Shown one piece after another: positions 28,166 through 38,735 of a DNA stretch of 64,000 nt. A model generated the notes under the pieces. It did not search any database, was not told the origin of the DNA, and saw nothing but the letters and a program-made list of their open reading frames with translations. The translations under genes and the position numbers were made by a program. Source of the DNA: Acidobacteriota bacterium (lineage in GTDB: Bacteria > Acidobacteriota > Blastocatellia > RBC074); the NCBI GenBank assembly GCA_018268995.1, contig JAFDVL010000097.1, forward strand, positions 4,395 to 68,394, written 5' to 3'. Numbering within the stretch: position 1 is the stretch's first letter; every line of letters begins with the position of its first letter.

Positions 28166-29515
28166 TTACTTTCCTGCCACTGACTTATTCCGAAAGCCTT
28201 TCAGGATGGCGCGGCTGGCTTCGATGAAACGGGTGATGTCTTCGCGTGTATGCGCAGCACTGAGCGATCCCTGACGGCAAGGTTGAGGAAACAAATACAA
28301 ACCGCGCTCGATCAGGGCACGACGATAGACGCGATCCAAATCGAAGTTGTGATGTGACATCAGATCGTGCCAGTCAACCGGAACGTGATCGCAGAAATAC
28401 ACGCAGAAAGCCGACCCTACACGGCTGATTGTTGCTTCGACACCCAATTCATCAAAGATTAATTCCAGACCTTTTTGCAGACGCGAACCTAACGCTTCCA
28501 GTCGTTGATACAAAGCGATGTCATCGCGTTGCAGGATTTCCAGCGTGGCAATCGCCGCCGCCGCAGTAAACGGATGGGCATTATAGCTGCCGATTAAACG
28601 GACACTCCACGCGGGATCAGGCGAATCCAACAGCGCCATCACGCTGGCGCGCCCGCCCACGACGCCTAGAGGGTAGCCGTTGGCAATGGTTTTGCCGAAC
28701 ACCGATAAGTCCGGTTTGATACCCACCACAGATTGATACCCTGCCAACGTCGTCCGAAAGCCTGATTTTACTTCGTCAAAGACGAGTAATGCACCGTACT
28801 GATCGCAAAGTTTGCGCAACGTTGTCAGGTAGCCGGGCTGTGGTGGAATCACACCAACATTGTGCAGGACAGGTTCCGTGATGACACACGCTGTCGGATA
28901 GCGACGCATGATTTCTTCCACCGAAGCCACATCATTGAAATTGACGACATGCACCTGGTTTCTCACGGTTTCAGGAATGCCTGCCGAGGTTTGTGGAAAT
29001 TGATATTCACCTGAATTCTGTCGTGGCCCAATCGTTTCCGGGTCTGGCATCATCGCTTGCGCCACATCATTGTTCCAACCGTTGTATCCGCCCAGCGTCA
29101 CAATAATGTCATCACGTCCCGTCCACGCGCGGCTCAGGCGAATGGCTTGCGCGACTGCCTCATTGCCGCTGCTGGTAAACTGCACTCGCTCCATTGAAGG
29201 CACACAGGCGCGTAGCAGTTCAGCCAGGCGCATATCCCATTCTGTCGCGCCGCTACTCATCAGCGACCATCCGCTTTCCATCGCTTTGCTGACGGCTGCA
29301 TTTACTTCAGGATGGTTGTGTCCCAGAATGTGCGAGGCAAACGCAGCGTGAAAATCCGTGTATTCATTGCCATCCGCATCCCATAAACGATTGCCGAGCG
29401 CGCGCACGAAAACGATAGGAGGATCAATGCGGCGATCCAGCAGGACAGCACCACCCGCAATGGACTTTGCGCTTTGTTCCGTGAGTGTACGTGACTTGGT
29501 GTAACGATCAGACAT
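28166..29515 (-). CDS. Class III pyridoxal-phosphate aminotransferase (glutamate-1-semialdehyde aminomutase-like)
   Basis: It has the conserved LVFDEVKSGFR segment and the PLP-lysine context DLSVFGKTIANGYPLG. The length (449 aa) fits the family. Confidence 0.88.
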   Translation of the reverse strand: MSDRYTKSRTLTEQSAKSIAGGAVLLDRRIDPPIVFVRALGNRLWDADGNEYTDFHAAFASHILGHNHPEVNAAVSKAMESGWSLMSSGATEWDMRLAELLRACVPSMERVQFTSSGNEAVAQAIRLSRAWTGRDDIIVTLGGYNGWNNDVAQAMMPDPETIGPRQNSGEYQFPQTSAGIPETVRNQVHVVNFNDVASVEEIMRRYPTACVITEPVLHNVGVIPPQPGYLTTLRKLCDQYGALLVFDEVKSGFRTTLAGYQSVVGIKPDLSVFGKTIANGYPLGVVGGRASVMALLDSPDPAWSVRLIGSYNAHPFTAAAAIATLEILQRDDIALYQRLEALGSRLQKGLELIFDELGVEATISRVGSAFCVYFCDHVPVDWHDLMSHHNFDLDRVYRRALIERGLYLFPQPCRQGSLSAAHTREDITRFIEASRAILKGFRNKSVAGK

Positions 29516-29790
29516 AATTTTTTGCAGTAAAGGCGGGTTGTTATCAGCAGGATTGATGAGGCTTTAGAGGGGCAAGGGAGCGAGGCAAGTTTACCTGATG
29601 CAAAACTTACGTCAATCATAATTTTTCGAGACTCTGCGATCTGTCTGTTCTGCACATCTTGTGTTGACTCGATTTATTTAAAAAATATTTCTCAACTGCG
29701 GCGGTTTTTTCTCTGCAATTACGCTTTCACCAGTAAGAGCCTCTCTTCCGAGGTATTCTGGAATGTTGTTTATCTATAAGGAGGATTGTT

Positions 29791-30624
29791 ATGACGCATA
29801 TCGTCAAATCCGGCGATACTCTTTCAAAAATTGCCAAATCCAATGGCCTAACAATGGCCGCGTTGCTGGCAGCAAATCCGGCATTGAAAGCAAATCCGAA
29901 TAACCTGAAAGTTGGTCAGAAAATCGTGATTCCAGATGATGACCCCGCTCCTCCTGTTGTGCCGCGACCAAGTCCAGGTTCAACCGATATTCAGCTCGGA
30001 AAATTGTCTGAAAAGTTTGAGACGAGTGGACGCGGCCCCGGCATGGTTTCCAGTGGTATCGGCGACCGGGGAGGTCGTTCGTACGGTTCTTATCAGATGA
30101 CCAGTAAGCCTGCGCCGGGCAGGGTGGGGGAATTTGTTTCGCAACCGGATTTTGTTTTTCGCGCTGAATTCCGCGACCTCAGCCCCGGCAGCGAAGAGTT
30201 TACTGCCAAATGGAAAGCGCTTGCCGCTTCACGCCCTGACGAGTTTCAGGAAAGCCAACACGAATTTATCAAGAGAACGCATTTCGATCCGCTCGTAGAA
30301 AAGGTGAAGCGGCAGGATGGATTGGATATCACGACGCGATCTCATGCGCTTCAGGATGTGGTTTGGTCAACTGCCGTCCAACACGGCCCCGGCAGTGCCG
30401 TGATCCATCTGGCGCTTGCCCGAATTGACGTAGCGCCGGATGACCCGCAATTCGACGAACAACTCATCCGCGCCATTTATGCCGAACGCGGCAAACGAGA
30501 TGAAAATGGAAATCTGGCTCGATTTTCTAAGAATTCTCCTGCGGTTCAGCGCGGCGTGGCAAATCGCTTCAAGCAGGAAGAGAAAGATGCCTTAGCCATG
30601 CTGCGGGCAGAACTTGGTGGGTGA
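29791..30624 (+). CDS. LysM domain protein with an uncharacterised C-terminal domain (possible cell-wall hydrolase)
   Basis: SD aaggagg precedes the ATG. The LysM domain [46 protein letters not shown] starts at residue 3. A Pro-rich linker and a roughly 200-aa domain containing [10 protein letters not shown] follow. Confidence 0.75.
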   Translation: MTHIVKSGDTLSKIAKSNGLTMAALLAANPALKANPNNLKVGQKIVIPDDDPAPPVVPRPSPGSTDIQLGKLSEKFETSGRGPGMVSSGIGDRGGRSYGSYQMTSKPAPGRVGEFVSQPDFVFRAEFRDLSPGSEEFTAKWKALAASRPDEFQESQHEFIKRTHFDPLVEKVKRQDGLDITTRSHALQDVVWSTAVQHGPGSAVIHLALARIDVAPDDPQFDEQLIRAIYAERGKRDENGNLARFSKNSPAVQRGVANRFKQEEKDALAMLRAELGG

Positions 30625-30656
30625 GGGCATATCCAGCCTTCACCCAATCTATCTGC

Positions 30657-33326
30657 TCAGGCGATTTGATGGATGAGTTTGGCAATCAGGCCCGTCCATC
30701 CGGTTTGATGGCTGGCACCGAGTCCTTCACCATTGTCGCCGTTGAAATATTCATGAAATAGCACGAAATCGCGCCAGTGTTTTTCCGTTTGGAATTTGCC
30801 ATTGGTGCCTTCAGCCGGGCCATAAATTGGGCGATGACCTTGCTTGTTTTGGGCAAACAGGTTTGTCATCCGGCGTGCCAGGTCGTGGCTGATTTCTGCG
30901 AGTGAGAGTTTTTCGCCCGATCCTGTTGGATATTCGACCTTGTATTCCTCGCCGAAGAATTGATGAAACTGTTGGAGTGATTCGATCAGCAGGTAATTCA
31001 CCGGGAACCAGATTGGCCCGCGCCAATTTGAGTTGCCGCCAAAAAGCGGAGTTTGTGACTCTGCCGCCTCATAACCCACCTCGTAGATGTTTCCATCCAG
31101 TTGCAGCTTGTATGGATTTTCCAAATGAAATTGCGAAAGCGAACGAATTCCAAATGGCGAAAGAAATTCCCCTTCTGACAGCATAAAACGCAAGACTCGG
31201 TGCAAGCGATCTCGATGTACCAGCGACAAAAATCGTCGGATGCCCGAATCAAAAGCCTGAACTTCAATGTGCATACTGAGTTCAGGGAAATTATCCATGA
31301 AATACTGCATCCGGCGGCGAAAGCCGGGGAAGGCATTGACAGTTTCCTCTTCCAGTGTCGTGGCGGCAAAAAGTGGAATCAGCCCGACCATCGAACGCAC
31401 GCGCAATGGCATGGATTGATTGTTCGGCAAGTGCAGCACGTCATAATAAAAACCGTCTGCTTCATCCCATAAGGCCAGCCCTTGACCGGCCATGTTGTTC
31501 ATCGCGCGGGCGATGTGAACGAAATGCTCAAAAAACTTCGAGGCGACATCTTCATAGGCTGGGTTTTCCTTCGCTAATTCCAGCGCCATGTTCATCAGGT
31601 TCAGGCAGTACATGCCCATCCAGCTTGTCGCATCGGATTGTTCCAGTGATCCGCCACCGGGCAACATGGCGCTGCGGTCAAAGACGCCGATGTTGTCGAG
31701 TCCGAGGAATCCACCCTGAAACACGTTGTTGCCTTCGGTGTCTTTGCGATTGACCCACCAGGTAAAGTTCAGCAGCAGTTTGTGAAAGACGCGTTCGAGA
31801 AAGTTGCGATCCTTGCAGCCCCAGATTTCCTGTTCAAGCTGATAGACGCGCAGGGCTGCCCAGGCGTGTACAGGCGGATTTACATCGGCAAAATTCCATT
31901 CGTACGCCGGGATTTGCCCGTTCGGATGCATATACCATTCGCGCAGCATCAACAGCAGTTGCGTTTTGGCAAACTCCGGGTCAATCATCGCAAGCGGCAC
32001 GCAATGAAAGGCCAAATCCCACGCGGCAAACCACGGATATTCCCACTTGTCAGGCATCGAAATGATGTCGGAGTTGTTGATGTGCTTCCATTCGTTGTTG
32101 CGGCCCCGCTTGCGCGAACGAGGCGGTTCTGGTGTGCCCGGATCGCCGCGCAGCCAACGACGCACGTCGTAGTAATAAAACTGCTTTGACCAGATCATTC
32201 CGGCGAAGGCCTGTCGCTGTACCTGCTTTTGTTCTTCGCTGGCCTTCGATGAAGTAAATGAATCATAGAATTCATCGGCTTCCTGAATGCGCGCGTCGAA
32301 TACTTCATCGAAGTTGAAACTCAGGGCGGGCTTGGGCGCAATGTCATTTGTCAGGCGCAGTTTGATTGTGGCAGTTGCTCCGGCTGCGATGGCGAAATGA
32401 TAGCGCACGCCGACTTTGGTTCCTGATTGTTGTGGATTTACGGCTTCTTTGTTGCCGTTGACGATGTAATCGTTGATGCCGTCTTTGACATACGGCGAGG
32501 GATTCGGAGCATTGTAAAGCCGCTGATAATTCGTGTCGTTTTCGGTGAAGAGGAATTCCGGTTTTACGGTCATGTCATCGCAGATCAATTGCCGTAATCC
32601 ATCGTCAAAATGCCGGGCGCGAATTACAAACGGGTTTTCCTGATCCAGCCGTAAACGCGGCTTACGATCATCTGCACCCCACGCCCATGTGTTGCGATAC
32701 CACAGCGTCGGCACCACATCCAGCAACGCGATTTTGTCGCCGCGATTGGTGGCACTGATGCGAATCAAAATGTCTTCGGGCGAGGCTTTGGCGTATTCGA
32801 CTACCACATCAAAATAGCGGTTTTGATCAAACACACCCGTGTCGAGCAGATCATATTCCGTCTCCTGACGCGTGCGCCGACGATTTTCTTCGACTAGCTT
32901 TTCATAGGGAAATCGAGCCTGCGGATATTTGTAGAGGTACTTTAAATACGAATGCGTCGGCGTAGCGTCGAGGTAAAAATAATATTCCTTCACATCTTCG
33001 CCGTGATTGCCCTGTGGCCCGGTTAAGCCAAACAATCGTTCTTTCAGCATCGAGTCCTGCCCATTCCAAAGTGCCAGCGCGAAACAGAGAATTTGATGCC
33101 GATTGGCAATGCCCGCAATTCCGTCATCGCCCCAGCGATATGCCTTGGATCGTGCGTGCTCGTACGGAAAATAACGCCACGCGTCGCCATTCACGGAGTA
33201 ATCTTCGCGCACCGTACCCCACGCGCGTTCGCTCAGATATGGTCCCCACGCGCGCCAGGGTGTATTCCGTTCCTGAATTTCATTCAATCGTTTTGCTTCA
33301 GCTGTTTGTAAAAGTTTGGTGGACAT
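30657..33326 (-). CDS. GH63-like / MGH1-like glucosidase (cytoplasmic (alpha/alpha)6 glycoside hydrolase)
   Basis: The N-terminus reads [24 protein letters not shown]...[10 protein letters not shown]. The C-terminus reads [24 protein letters not shown]. The length is 889 aa and there is no signal peptide. Confidence 0.8.
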   Translation of the reverse strand: MSTKLLQTAEAKRLNEIQERNTPWRAWGPYLSERAWGTVREDYSVNGDAWRYFPYEHARSKAYRWGDDGIAGIANRHQILCFALALWNGQDSMLKERLFGLTGPQGNHGEDVKEYYFYLDATPTHSYLKYLYKYPQARFPYEKLVEENRRRTRQETEYDLLDTGVFDQNRYFDVVVEYAKASPEDILIRISATNRGDKIALLDVVPTLWYRNTWAWGADDRKPRLRLDQENPFVIRARHFDDGLRQLICDDMTVKPEFLFTENDTNYQRLYNAPNPSPYVKDGINDYIVNGNKEAVNPQQSGTKVGVRYHFAIAAGATATIKLRLTNDIAPKPALSFNFDEVFDARIQEADEFYDSFTSSKASEEQKQVQRQAFAGMIWSKQFYYYDVRRWLRGDPGTPEPPRSRKRGRNNEWKHINNSDIISMPDKWEYPWFAAWDLAFHCVPLAMIDPEFAKTQLLLMLREWYMHPNGQIPAYEWNFADVNPPVHAWAALRVYQLEQEIWGCKDRNFLERVFHKLLLNFTWWVNRKDTEGNNVFQGGFLGLDNIGVFDRSAMLPGGGSLEQSDATSWMGMYCLNLMNMALELAKENPAYEDVASKFFEHFVHIARAMNNMAGQGLALWDEADGFYYDVLHLPNNQSMPLRVRSMVGLIPLFAATTLEEETVNAFPGFRRRMQYFMDNFPELSMHIEVQAFDSGIRRFLSLVHRDRLHRVLRFMLSEGEFLSPFGIRSLSQFHLENPYKLQLDGNIYEVGYEAAESQTPLFGGNSNWRGPIWFPVNYLLIESLQQFHQFFGEEYKVEYPTGSGEKLSLAEISHDLARRMTNLFAQNKQGHRPIYGPAEGTNGKFQTEKHWRDFVLFHEYFNGDNGEGLGASHQTGWTGLIAKLIHQIA

Positions 33327-33332
33327 AGAAAG

Positions 33333-33428
33333 TTTGAATCAGTACCGCAGTAGGAAGCGCCCAATTTGAATCAGTACCGCGACCAGTAGGGAGCGCTGTT
33401 TTGCGGCATTGGACGCTCTCTACTGATT
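33333..33428. repeat. Direct plus inverted repeat element (AATCAGTA...GAGCG units)
   Basis: tttgaatcagtaccgc occurs twice (33333-33348 and 33365-33380). cagtagggagcg (33384-33395) pairs with cgctctctactg (33414-33425) with one mismatch in 12. Confidence 0.55.
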
Positions 33429-34156
33429 TATTGATAGTCCGCGTATTCGCGCACTTTGCCCATCGAGCGTCGCAAATCCTGAAAAGTAAATCCGAATTCT
33501 TTCAAGGCCGCTTCGCCGTGGCCTGCGTATTTGCGTTTGGTTTTGAATGTGACGGGTTCCTTAAATGTCATCGTCTTTACATCAAGCGGATAGAGTTTGA
33601 TTTCGTACCGATACTTGTCGTAATGCGCTTCGCGGCAATTGGGTTCGGGTGGCTCCACTTCCGAGCACCAGATGAATGTCCACGACGCTACGCCATAGCC
33701 GTATTTTTTCCCCAGATTCCCGAAGTACAATCCGCCCTGAACCGCAGTTTCGATAGATTCCTCATTCAAAATCTGAAATTTTCCCTCTTTCCAACCGATG
33801 ATATGTGCAAAGAAAGTTCCGTCCGATCCACCGGGAGAAACTTCCACAACAAAAATCAGCGGCTGCGATTGTCCAGGAACGGTCATGACTTTGAAGCGAA
33901 GAAAGCTGGAGGCCGGGCCGGGTTCATCTGGCAGGGTCGAGTTTTCCATCTCAATTGAGGAAATTGTTTTCTTGTCCCGCAGCGAGTAAAACTCCAGCTT
34001 GATCGGCTGCGTCGGTGTTTCGATTACCCGGATTCGCACTAAGCCCAGTTCCGGGAAAGTGGCTGTCGCCTGTTGTGCGATCTTTGATTTGGGTTGGGAA
34101 AATGCGGCAATTGCCAAAAAACAAATGGCAATCGCAAGTACGATCAATCTCGTCAT
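33428..34156 (-). CDS. Hypothetical secreted protein, 242 aa
   Basis: It has the signal peptide MTRLIVLAIAICFLAIAAFSQ. No family was recognised. Confidence 0.6.
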   Translation of the reverse strand: MTRLIVLAIAICFLAIAAFSQPKSKIAQQATATFPELGLVRIRVIETPTQPIKLEFYSLRDKKTISSIEMENSTLPDEPGPASSFLRFKVMTVPGQSQPLIFVVEVSPGGSDGTFFAHIIGWKEGKFQILNEESIETAVQGGLYFGNLGKKYGYGVASWTFIWCSEVEPPEPNCREAHYDKYRYEIKLYPLDVKTMTFKEPVTFKTKRKYAGHGEAALKEFGFTFQDLRRSMGKVREYADYQ

Positions 34157-34403
34157 AAATCTTTTCAAGGAAGAGGGCGAATGAACAATCAGGGCTGGAA
34201 CACCACTTGTTACCGCAACGTGGTCTTGCAAGAGGCGTCATCATAGACCAAAACGGAATGAGAAATCTATCATCAGTTTGAGAACCCAAGAGGGATTATT
34301 CGCGGTACATCTTCTGCCACAGGGGATTCACTGCATAAATCATGGGATTGGCTGCAAATTGATAGGTCGTCTCAATTGTCGTATGCCAGAATAAACAACA
34401 AGG

Positions 34404-35573
34404 ATGCAGAAAGATTCTATAAGCCAGACCGGATTTTTTGCCGTTGCTTTTGAGCGGAGGCGCGGAGCTATCTGGGGTTTGCTGTTTCTTTTCTGGTTTG
34501 CTCTGGGCGTGTTTTCTGCCGGTGCTCCGTTCATTGAATTGCCTCAGATCCGAAGACCTGTGCCGCCATCCGCCGGGCTGGGGTTAATCTGGCGGATGTT
34601 TCTCTCGCAATTTGCGATCTGGCTATCGTGGGTGGCCCTGGTTCCTGTGGTGCTTTGGATGCGACGGCGTTTTCCGCTGGAACGAAGCGCGCTTTGGCGG
34701 ACGTTGCTCTTGCATTTGCTGGCCATCGCTGCTCTCTGCCTGGCGCATGCAGGCATCACGCTGTTGCTGACAGATGTGCTTGGTAGTGCTGGTCAGGGGC
34801 CGCCGCTGACGATTCGACTGACTTATTGGTGGACGCGCGATCTGGCATTTTGCGGGTTGTTTTATGGCCTGGTGCTTGGCATCAGCAGCGCGTTGGATTA
34901 TTACCGACAATTTCGCGAGCGCGAGCTGCGGGCTTCACAGCTTGAAACGCAATTGGCCCAGGCAGAGTTGCAGATGCTGAAAATGCAATTGCATCCCCAT
35001 TTTTTGTTCAATACCTTAAATGGAATCACCGGGATGGTACGGGATAACGACAACGCTGCTGCGGTGCAAATGCTGGTTGGATTAAGCGAGCTTCTGCGTC
35101 GGACGCTGGATAATTCCGGGAAGCAGGAAGTTGCGCTGGGCGAAGAACTCGAATGGTTGGAGCTGTATCTAAAGTTACAGCAGATGCGCTTCTCAGATCG
35201 TTTGCAGGTAAGTATGAATGCCGCACCCGAAACCCTGGATGTTCAGGTTCCGAATTTAATTCTTCAGCCTCTGGTTGAGAATGCCATCCGGCATGGTTTA
35301 GCCAGTCGTGCTGCGCCCGGCAGGATTTCCCTGACCGCACAACTTGTCAACGAACGGCTGGAGTTGTGTGTGTGTGATGATGGCATTGGCTTGCCCGATG
35401 GGTGGTCTTTGGAAAACTGTGCAGGGTTAGGATTAAAAAATACCCGTGCCCGCCTGCGACAGCTTTACGCCAATGATTTCCAGCTGAAGATTCAAGATCG
35501 AGAAGCCGGAGGTGTTGAGGCATGGGTGTCTATCCCGCTGCGAAAGGACGCATCCATTGACAGGCAGTCATAA
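34404..35573 (+). CDS. LytS/YehU-family sensor histidine kinase
   Basis: The N-terminal half is multi-TM. It carries the H-box LHPHFLFNTLN, the N-box LILQPLVENAIRHG and the G-box DDGIGLP. Confidence 0.9.
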   Translation: MQKDSISQTGFFAVAFERRRGAIWGLLFLFWFALGVFSAGAPFIELPQIRRPVPPSAGLGLIWRMFLSQFAIWLSWVALVPVVLWMRRRFPLERSALWRTLLLHLLAIAALCLAHAGITLLLTDVLGSAGQGPPLTIRLTYWWTRDLAFCGLFYGLVLGISSALDYYRQFRERELRASQLETQLAQAELQMLKMQLHPHFLFNTLNGITGMVRDNDNAAAVQMLVGLSELLRRTLDNSGKQEVALGEELEWLELYLKLQQMRFSDRLQVSMNAAPETLDVQVPNLILQPLVENAIRHGLASRAAPGRISLTAQLVNERLELCVCDDGIGLPDGWSLENCAGLGLKNTRARLRQLYANDFQLKIQDREAGGVEAWVSIPLRKDASIDRQS

Positions 35574-35586
35574 GAAGATCAAAGCG

Positions 35587-36348
35587 ATGATCGTGGATGA
35601 TGAACCGCCTGCCCGGCGCAACCTTCGTGCTTTAATCAAACACGATGCAGATATTGAGTTGGTCAAAGAATGTGGCAATGGCAAAGAGGCGGTGAGCCAG
35701 ATTCGCGCGCTCAATCCCGACCTGATTTTTCTGGATGTGCAGATGCCGGAGTTGGATGGCTTTGAGGTGTTAGCACAACTTTCTGGTCATCCTTTGCCTG
35801 TGATCATTTTCGTGACGGCCTATGATCAATATGCCTTGCGCGCGTTTGAGGTCAGTGCGTTGGATTATTTGCTGAAGCCCTTCAGCGATGACCGATTTCG
35901 GAAAGCTTTGACGCAGGCGAAGCAGCAAATTGAGCAACAGGACGCAAGCGAACTGGGACGGAAATTGCTGACGCTGATGGGTACGCACCAGCCAGATGCA
36001 CCCCGTTACCTGACGCGCCTGATGGTCAAAACGACGGGGCGTGTGATCTTCCTGAAAGTCGAAGAGCTTGATTGGATCGAAGCTTATGATTACTACGTGC
36101 GTTTGCACACAGGCGGTAAGGCGCATTTGTTGCGGCAAACGATGAACGAATTGGAGCTGGCACTTGATCCAAATCAGTTCGCACGCATTCACCGCTCCAC
36201 CATCGTCAATCTTGATCGCGTCAAAGAGCTTCATCCTCATTTCACAGGCGAATCGCTGGTTATTTTGGAAGATGGGACTGAATTGAAAATCACACGTGGT
36301 CGGCGCGAAGCATTGGAACAGAAACTAAACACCGGGAGCAGAAAATAG
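35587..36348 (+). CDS. LytR/AlgR-family response regulator (receiver + LytTR DNA-binding domain)
   Basis: The receiver domain reads MIVDDEPPARRNL...DLIFLDVQMPELDGFEV. The LytTR domain reads IEAYDYYVRLHT...IHRSTIVNL. A TTG start at 35557 overlapping the kinase gene is an alternative. Confidence 0.9.
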   Translation: MIVDDEPPARRNLRALIKHDADIELVKECGNGKEAVSQIRALNPDLIFLDVQMPELDGFEVLAQLSGHPLPVIIFVTAYDQYALRAFEVSALDYLLKPFSDDRFRKALTQAKQQIEQQDASELGRKLLTLMGTHQPDAPRYLTRLMVKTTGRVIFLKVEELDWIEAYDYYVRLHTGGKAHLLRQTMNELELALDPNQFARIHRSTIVNLDRVKELHPHFTGESLVILEDGTELKITRGRREALEQKLNTGSRK

Positions 36349-36398
36349 CGGCCTTCTGCTCTGACTTTAAAATCACTTAACTGAAATTTGGAGATTAC

Positions 36399-37958
36399 AT
36401 GAAGAAGGGAAAATTCGTGTTGCAGGGATTGCTCTGTCTGCTTGCCGTTGGCTTACCGACGGGGCTGAGTTTCGCGCAACGACGCAGCAACAGTTCGGAA
36501 TCTCAGGAAGCGATTCGACCTCAGGCAAGGCCATCACTGGTTGCTGAGGTGGAGCGTTCTGTTTCTGTTTCTCGCGGCAGCGGCGCACAGGCATTCAAAA
36601 TTACATCCACTATTCTCAAGCAAACACGTCAAATCAACGTTGTTTTGCCTGCGTCGTTTGCACAGAGCGCTCCAGAGCGCCGCTACCCCGTCACTATCGT
36701 GCTGGATGGAGAAGCGAGCGTACCGCCCATTACAGCTGTCAGCGATGAACTCAGCCGCAACGGGCAGATTCCTGAATCCATCATCATTGCGATTCCAAAC
36801 ATTGACCCGCTGCAAGGTCGTGTTCACGATCTTACGCCACCCGGTCTTTCGGTGAGCGGAAGCAGTTTGAACGAAGGCGGCGACCGCTTTCTGGATTTTA
36901 TCGAACAGGAGTTGTTGCCAGCCGTAGATCATCAATTTCGAGGCGGCGCGCCACGCACGTTTATTGGTCATTCCTCCGGCGGCATTCTGGCGACCTATGC
37001 AGCCGCTACGCGCTCGACGTATCGCGCTGTCATTGCCATAGACACCCCCATCAATCTTGGAGAAAACTGGTTGGCGAAGAAGCTGATCGCGCGAGCAAAG
37101 GACGCACCCACGCCGCTGCGTTATGTCTCGCTCGAAGCGAGATTCGGGTGGCCGGACGATGCCTGGAAGCTGCTCAACTCGGCGGCTCCGACCTCATGGA
37201 AACTGCATCGTGAAAAGTTTTGGCCGAAGGAATCGCATGAATCTGTGGTGATGCTGGCCATGTATCTGGGACTGCGCGAGGCGTTCAGCGATTACTCCAT
37301 GCTGGCCGCGCCCGTGACGCCCACGACAAGCATTTTGCCTTATTACACAAAAATCAGCGCGACGCTCGGTGCCAGTGTATTGCCGCCGAGAAAGCTACTG
37401 CAAAACGTTTTGGAAGACCTGCTGATGGAAGGGCGCGGCGCGGCAGCACACGAAGCGTACAACACGCTAGTTGCAGGATATGGCGCACCAGCCAACAGCG
37501 CCAAATTGCTGGCGCAAATTGCCGAAGTCGAGCGTCGCCCACCGCCCACTGAAACGGTCGAAGGTTTGCTTGCCACACCATTTCCCACGCCGGAAGAAGC
37601 GCGCGCGTACCTTGGCGAGTGGGTCGGCGATGTATGGATGAATCCCGAAGAACCACGGAAAGGCAGATTGACGTTACGCATCAATGTTGTGGATGGGCGT
37701 GTTGTGGCCGAAGTCGAAGATGCCCCGCTACCGCCGCCTTATCGTATCCGGCATGTCGAGTACCTGCGTATCACGCCGACCGGGCTGACGTACGGATACA
37801 TGAATGGAATGCGACCACGCGGCGTTTTGCTCTATGAGGGCAAGCTTGAAGGCGATACGCTTTCCGGGAAGATGCGATTCGGCGGCGTTGATTTCCGAAT
37901 GCCGGATGGCTCATTGCCACCGTCGCCTTCGTTTTCCTTCAAACGCGCTCGCAACTAA
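36399..37958 (+). CDS. Secreted alpha/beta hydrolase (putative esterase family) with a C-terminal extension
   Basis: It has the signal peptide MKKGKFVLQGLLCLLAVGLPTGLSFAQ. It also carries RRYPVTIVLDGE and the nucleophile elbow IGHSSGG. Confidence 0.78.
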   Translation: MKKGKFVLQGLLCLLAVGLPTGLSFAQRRSNSSESQEAIRPQARPSLVAEVERSVSVSRGSGAQAFKITSTILKQTRQINVVLPASFAQSAPERRYPVTIVLDGEASVPPITAVSDELSRNGQIPESIIIAIPNIDPLQGRVHDLTPPGLSVSGSSLNEGGDRFLDFIEQELLPAVDHQFRGGAPRTFIGHSSGGILATYAAATRSTYRAVIAIDTPINLGENWLAKKLIARAKDAPTPLRYVSLEARFGWPDDAWKLLNSAAPTSWKLHREKFWPKESHESVVMLAMYLGLREAFSDYSMLAAPVTPTTSILPYYTKISATLGASVLPPRKLLQNVLEDLLMEGRGAAAHEAYNTLVAGYGAPANSAKLLAQIAEVERRPPPTETVEGLLATPFPTPEEARAYLGEWVGDVWMNPEEPRKGRLTLRINVVDGRVVAEVEDAPLPPPYRIRHVEYLRITPTGLTYGYMNGMRPRGVLLYEGKLEGDTLSGKMRFGGVDFRMPDGSLPPSPSFSFKRARN

Positions 37959-38047
37959 ATTTGCATGGGTGGAGGGAAATCTACTGCCACGCCATACACA
38001 TACTGAAAACTGACCTGAGTTATTTTTTCCTTCTGAGGTATCACAAA

Positions 38048-38731
38048 ATGAAAGTTTATCAGTCTTTTATTCTCATATTGATTTTGGCGATCCTCTGCGC
38101 CCTGCAAAGTACAGCGTTCAGCCAACAACGAAAGCGCGCAGATGCAGCAGAAACGGGGATCACTGACCGCGACCGGAAGCGTGACGAATGGCAACGACCA
38201 GCAGAAGTCCTTGAGGCGTTGGACGTGAAACCCGGACATCGCGTGGCCGACATTGGCTGCGGCTCAGGCTATTTTTCCTTTCATCTGGCCGCCCGTGTCG
38301 GCAAGGAAGGGAAGGTCTACGCCGTAGACATTGATCCAGAGGCGATTAAGAAAGTGCAATCGCGCAAGGAACGCGAAAATCTCAAGCAGGTTGAGCCGAT
38401 TTTAGGCGAAAGCGCTGATCCGCATTTGCCGAATGATCTTGATGCCGTCTTGATCGTTGATACTTATCACGAATTTCGTGAGTTTGATCAAACCATGCAA
38501 GCTGTACTTCGCGCGTTGAAGCCGGGCGGACGGTTGGTGCTGATTGATGGCGAAGGCCCGACTGGCAGACCCCGCACCGAATATCATCGGTTGCACACCA
38601 TTCCGGCTGAATTGGTGCGCGAAGAAGTTTCCAAAAATGGCTTTGTCTACAAAGAAAGCCGACCAGGCTTTTTTGATGAAGAGTACGGTAAGCAGATGTA
38701 TTTTCTGATTTTCGAGAAACCCCATTCGTAA
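38048..38731 (+). CDS. Class I SAM-dependent methyltransferase with an N-terminal signal or anchor
   Basis: Motif I is VADIGCGSGYFSFHLA and the post-I motif is VYAVDI. The segment LKPGGRLVLID is also present. Confidence 0.85.
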   Translation: MKVYQSFILILILAILCALQSTAFSQQRKRADAAETGITDRDRKRDEWQRPAEVLEALDVKPGHRVADIGCGSGYFSFHLAARVGKEGKVYAVDIDPEAIKKVQSRKERENLKQVEPILGESADPHLPNDLDAVLIVDTYHEFREFDQTMQAVLRALKPGGRLVLIDGEGPTGRPRTEYHRLHTIPAELVREEVSKNGFVYKESRPGFFDEEYGKQMYFLIFEKPHS

Positions 38732-38735
38732 ACAT

